A stretch of DNA of 64,000 bases from an uncultured Actinomycetes bacterium (GTDB taxonomy: Bacteria; Actinomycetota; UBA4738; HRBIN12): the NCBI GenBank assembly GCA_963704885.1, contig CAVPIB010000004.1, positions 1,056,001 through 1,120,000 of the forward strand, read 5' to 3'. The position numbers were made by a program, and so were the translations under genes. The notes under the pieces were generated by a model that had not been told where the DNA came from, did no database searches, and worked only from the letters and a program-made list of their open reading frames with translations. Every line of letters begins with the position of its first letter. The first letter of the stretch is position 1. This document shows, one piece after another, positions 61,989 through 64,000 of this stretch.

Positions 61989-62750
61989 ATGACAGCCCTC
62001 GCCACCCCGGCGATAGAGCTCAGAGGTGTGCGCCAGCGATTCGGTGATGTCGTCGCGCTCGCCAACGTGGACTTCACGGTCAACCGGCACGAGCGGCTGG
62101 GGATCGTGGGCCCGAGCGGCTGTGGCAAGTCCACCCTCCTCTCCGAGATCGCGGGACTCATCCAGCCCGACGAGGGGACGGTCTCGATCGACGAGGCAAC
62201 GACGCCGAAGGAGCGCCTCAAGCGGTGTGCACTGATGCCGCAGCGAGATCTCCTGCTCCCCTGGCGGACCGCCATCGACAACGCCGCGATCGCCCTGCAG
62301 AACCGGGGCATGAAGATCGCCCCGGCACGGGAGAAGGCGCGGCCGCTGTTCGAGCGGTTCGGTCTCGCGCAGTTCGAGGAGCGGATGCCTGCCGAGCTCT
62401 CCGGCGGCATGCGCCAGCGCGTCGCGTTCCTGCGGACCCTCATGGCCGAGAAGGACATCCTCCTCCTCGACGAGCCGTTCGCGGCCCTCGACTCGATCAC
62501 CCGGTCCAGCATGCAGGAGTGGCTGCTCTCCGCGCTCGAGCAGGAACCCCGGACGGTCCTGCTCGTTACCCACGACGTGGACGAGGCACTCTTGCTCACC
62601 CATCGGGTCATGGTGATGTCCGCGCGCCCCGGGCGGATCGTCCGCACGCTCGAGACGGACCTACCGCGCGATCGTTCGCGCCGCGAAGTCGTCACATCGC
62701 CGCAGTTCTCGGCCTTGAAGGAGTCCGCACTAGAGGCGCTGGAACTATGA
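61989..62750 (+). CDS. ABC ATP-binding protein (ThiZ-like)
   Basis: GPSGCGKST, MPQRDLLLPWRT, LSGGMRQRVAFLRT, LLDEPF. Confidence 0.92.
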   Translation: MTALATPAIELRGVRQRFGDVVALANVDFTVNRHERLGIVGPSGCGKSTLLSEIAGLIQPDEGTVSIDEATTPKERLKRCALMPQRDLLLPWRTAIDNAAIALQNRGMKIAPAREKARPLFERFGLAQFEERMPAELSGGMRQRVAFLRTLMAEKDILLLDEPFAALDSITRSSMQEWLLSALEQEPRTVLLVTHDVDEALLLTHRVMVMSARPGRIVRTLETDLPRDRSRREVVTSPQFSALKESALEALEL

Positions 62751-63553
62751 ACGAGCAGGCAAGCGACCTCACACCGAAGCCGAGCGGGTCGAGCGTGCGC
62801 CGGATCGTGGATCGATACGGACCCCCGGCGCTCGTGGTGGTGGTCACGATCGCACTGTGGGAGATCGTCATCCAGATCCTCGACGTGCCGACCTACATCT
62901 GGGCGCCCCCAACGCTCATCGCCCAAACCATCCAAGAGCGTTTCCCGGAGCTGATCCATCACGGAGGCGTCACGTTGATGGAGACCATGATCGGCTTCTT
63001 CTTCGCGATCTTCTTCGGCCTGTCCTTCGGGTTCCTCCTGCACTTCTCGACGATGGCCAGGCGTGCGCTCTATCCGATCCTCATCGCCTCGCAGAGCATC
63101 CCGACCGTGGTGCTCGCGCCGGTGTTCGTGCTGGTCCTGGGGTTCGGCCTGTGGCCGAAGGTCGGGGTCGTGACCCTCTTCTGCTTCTTCCCCATCGTGG
63201 TGGGCACGATCGACGGGTTGTCGGGTGTGGACCGCGAGTACATCCGGATGATGCTTACGCTGGACGCGACGCGGATGGGCATCTTCCGGCGGGTCGAGTT
63301 CCCTTCAGCCCTGCCGCAGATCTTCTCCGGCACGCGCGTGGCCGCCACCTACGCGGCGATCGGGGCGGTCTTCGGGGAGTGGGCCGGCTCGCAATCCGGT
63401 CTGGGCTGGCAGATGCTCCAGGCGAAAGGCCGACTCGACACGCCCCTCGTATTCGCCGACATCGTATTCATCACCGTGATGGCACTGGCGCTCTTCGGCG
63501 CCGTGTCGCTCGTCGAGCGCCTGACCATCCCCTGGGCGCGGAAAGGGGGGTGA
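62747..63553 (+). CDS. ABC permease (ThiX-like)
   Basis: SQSIP, FGLWPK, FFPIVV, PSALPQIFSG, GAVFGEW. Confidence 0.9.
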   Translation: MNEQASDLTPKPSGSSVRRIVDRYGPPALVVVVTIALWEIVIQILDVPTYIWAPPTLIAQTIQERFPELIHHGGVTLMETMIGFFFAIFFGLSFGFLLHFSTMARRALYPILIASQSIPTVVLAPVFVLVLGFGLWPKVGVVTLFCFFPIVVGTIDGLSGVDREYIRMMLTLDATRMGIFRRVEFPSALPQIFSGTRVAATYAAIGAVFGEWAGSQSGLGWQMLQAKGRLDTPLVFADIVFITVMALALFGAVSLVERLTIPWARKGG

Positions 63554-63632
63554 CCGAGGCTCTCGAGCACGCGGTGCCAACTCACCGCAAGCAGCAGATC
63601 AGGGCAACAACGGACGAACGGAGGAGGTACCT

Positions 63633-64000
63633 ATGGATCTGAAGAAGCGGAACATCCGTTCCCGCTTGCTCGCCCTCGGCGTCGTGATGGGCGTCTTGCT
63701 GGCGGCCTGCGGGAGCGACGCGGAAACCCCGGCGGCATCGCCGTCTTCCGGAGAGAGCCCCACCACGGCAGAGAGCCCAACGATGGCGCCCGCCACGCTT
63801 AAGGTGGCGCTGGACTGGTTCGCGAACCCCGATCACGTCGCGCTCTACTACGCGCAGGACAACGGGTTCTTCGCCGACCAGAACCTGACCGTTGAGTTCG
63901 AGGTCCCCTCGGACGTCACCGCAGGCCTCAAGCTCGTCGGGACGAACAAGTTCGACCTCTCGATCTTCTATCAGGGCGACATGTTCTTCGCCGCGCAAGA
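63633..64000 (+). CDS. NMT1/THI5 (ThiY-like) substrate-binding lipoprotein, partial
   Basis: Hand translation from ATG 63633: MDLKKRNIRS...LLAAC lipobox, then LDWFANPDH; GGAGG RBS; runs off the window. Confidence 0.85.
   Translation, partial: MDLKKRNIRSRLLALGVVMGVLLAACGSDAETPAASPSSGESPTTAESPTMAPATLKVALDWFANPDHVALYYAQDNGFFADQNLTVEFEVPSDVTAGLKLVGTNKFDLSIFYQGDMFFAAQ

Overview
High-GC (roughly 68-70% by eye) bacterial DNA, probably an uncultured Actinomycetota (inferred from leaderless TANNNT promoters, several LLM/F420-type oxidoreductases and a DZR-cyclase-STAND protein). The window is almost fully coding and dominated by N-heterocycle catabolism. (1) 233-22409: a 17-gene minus-strand run plus a convergent dihydropyrimidinase. 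It combines reductive pyrimidine genes (nitrilase-family hydrolase, TIGR03842-like LLM, NMT1-type ABC), a ygeY-ygeW-PLP enzyme-dpaL-Se-type xdh-ssnA block resembling the anaerobic urate (2,8-dioxopurine) pathway but with an LLM oxidoreductase and no ygfK, and a pucC/E/D-type xanthine dehydrogenase with an 8-oxoguanine deaminase-like gene. (2) 22529-35739: signalling, housekeeping and transport genes. (3) 35750-43913: a nicotinamide/nicotinate cluster (Mo hydroxylase, 6-hydroxynicotinate reductase, UPF0280, enamidase, PncA). (4) 46069-64000: the best novelty candidate, a GntR-linked locus with ThiXYZ-like ABC, variant TenA (Asp44->Asn), deaminase-type amidohydrolases, ADH/ALDH, LLM, two M20 hydrolases, CoA-transferase, epimerase and a B12 acyl-CoA mutase with an unusual Phe/Arg specificity pair; I infer a catabolic pathway for the thiamine pyrimidine or a related heterocycle. 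Seven frameshifts, all repairable by removing one base, look like long-read errors and create two false fusions. No rRNA, tRNA, CRISPR or mobile element was recognised. All calls come from motif recognition, not database searches.
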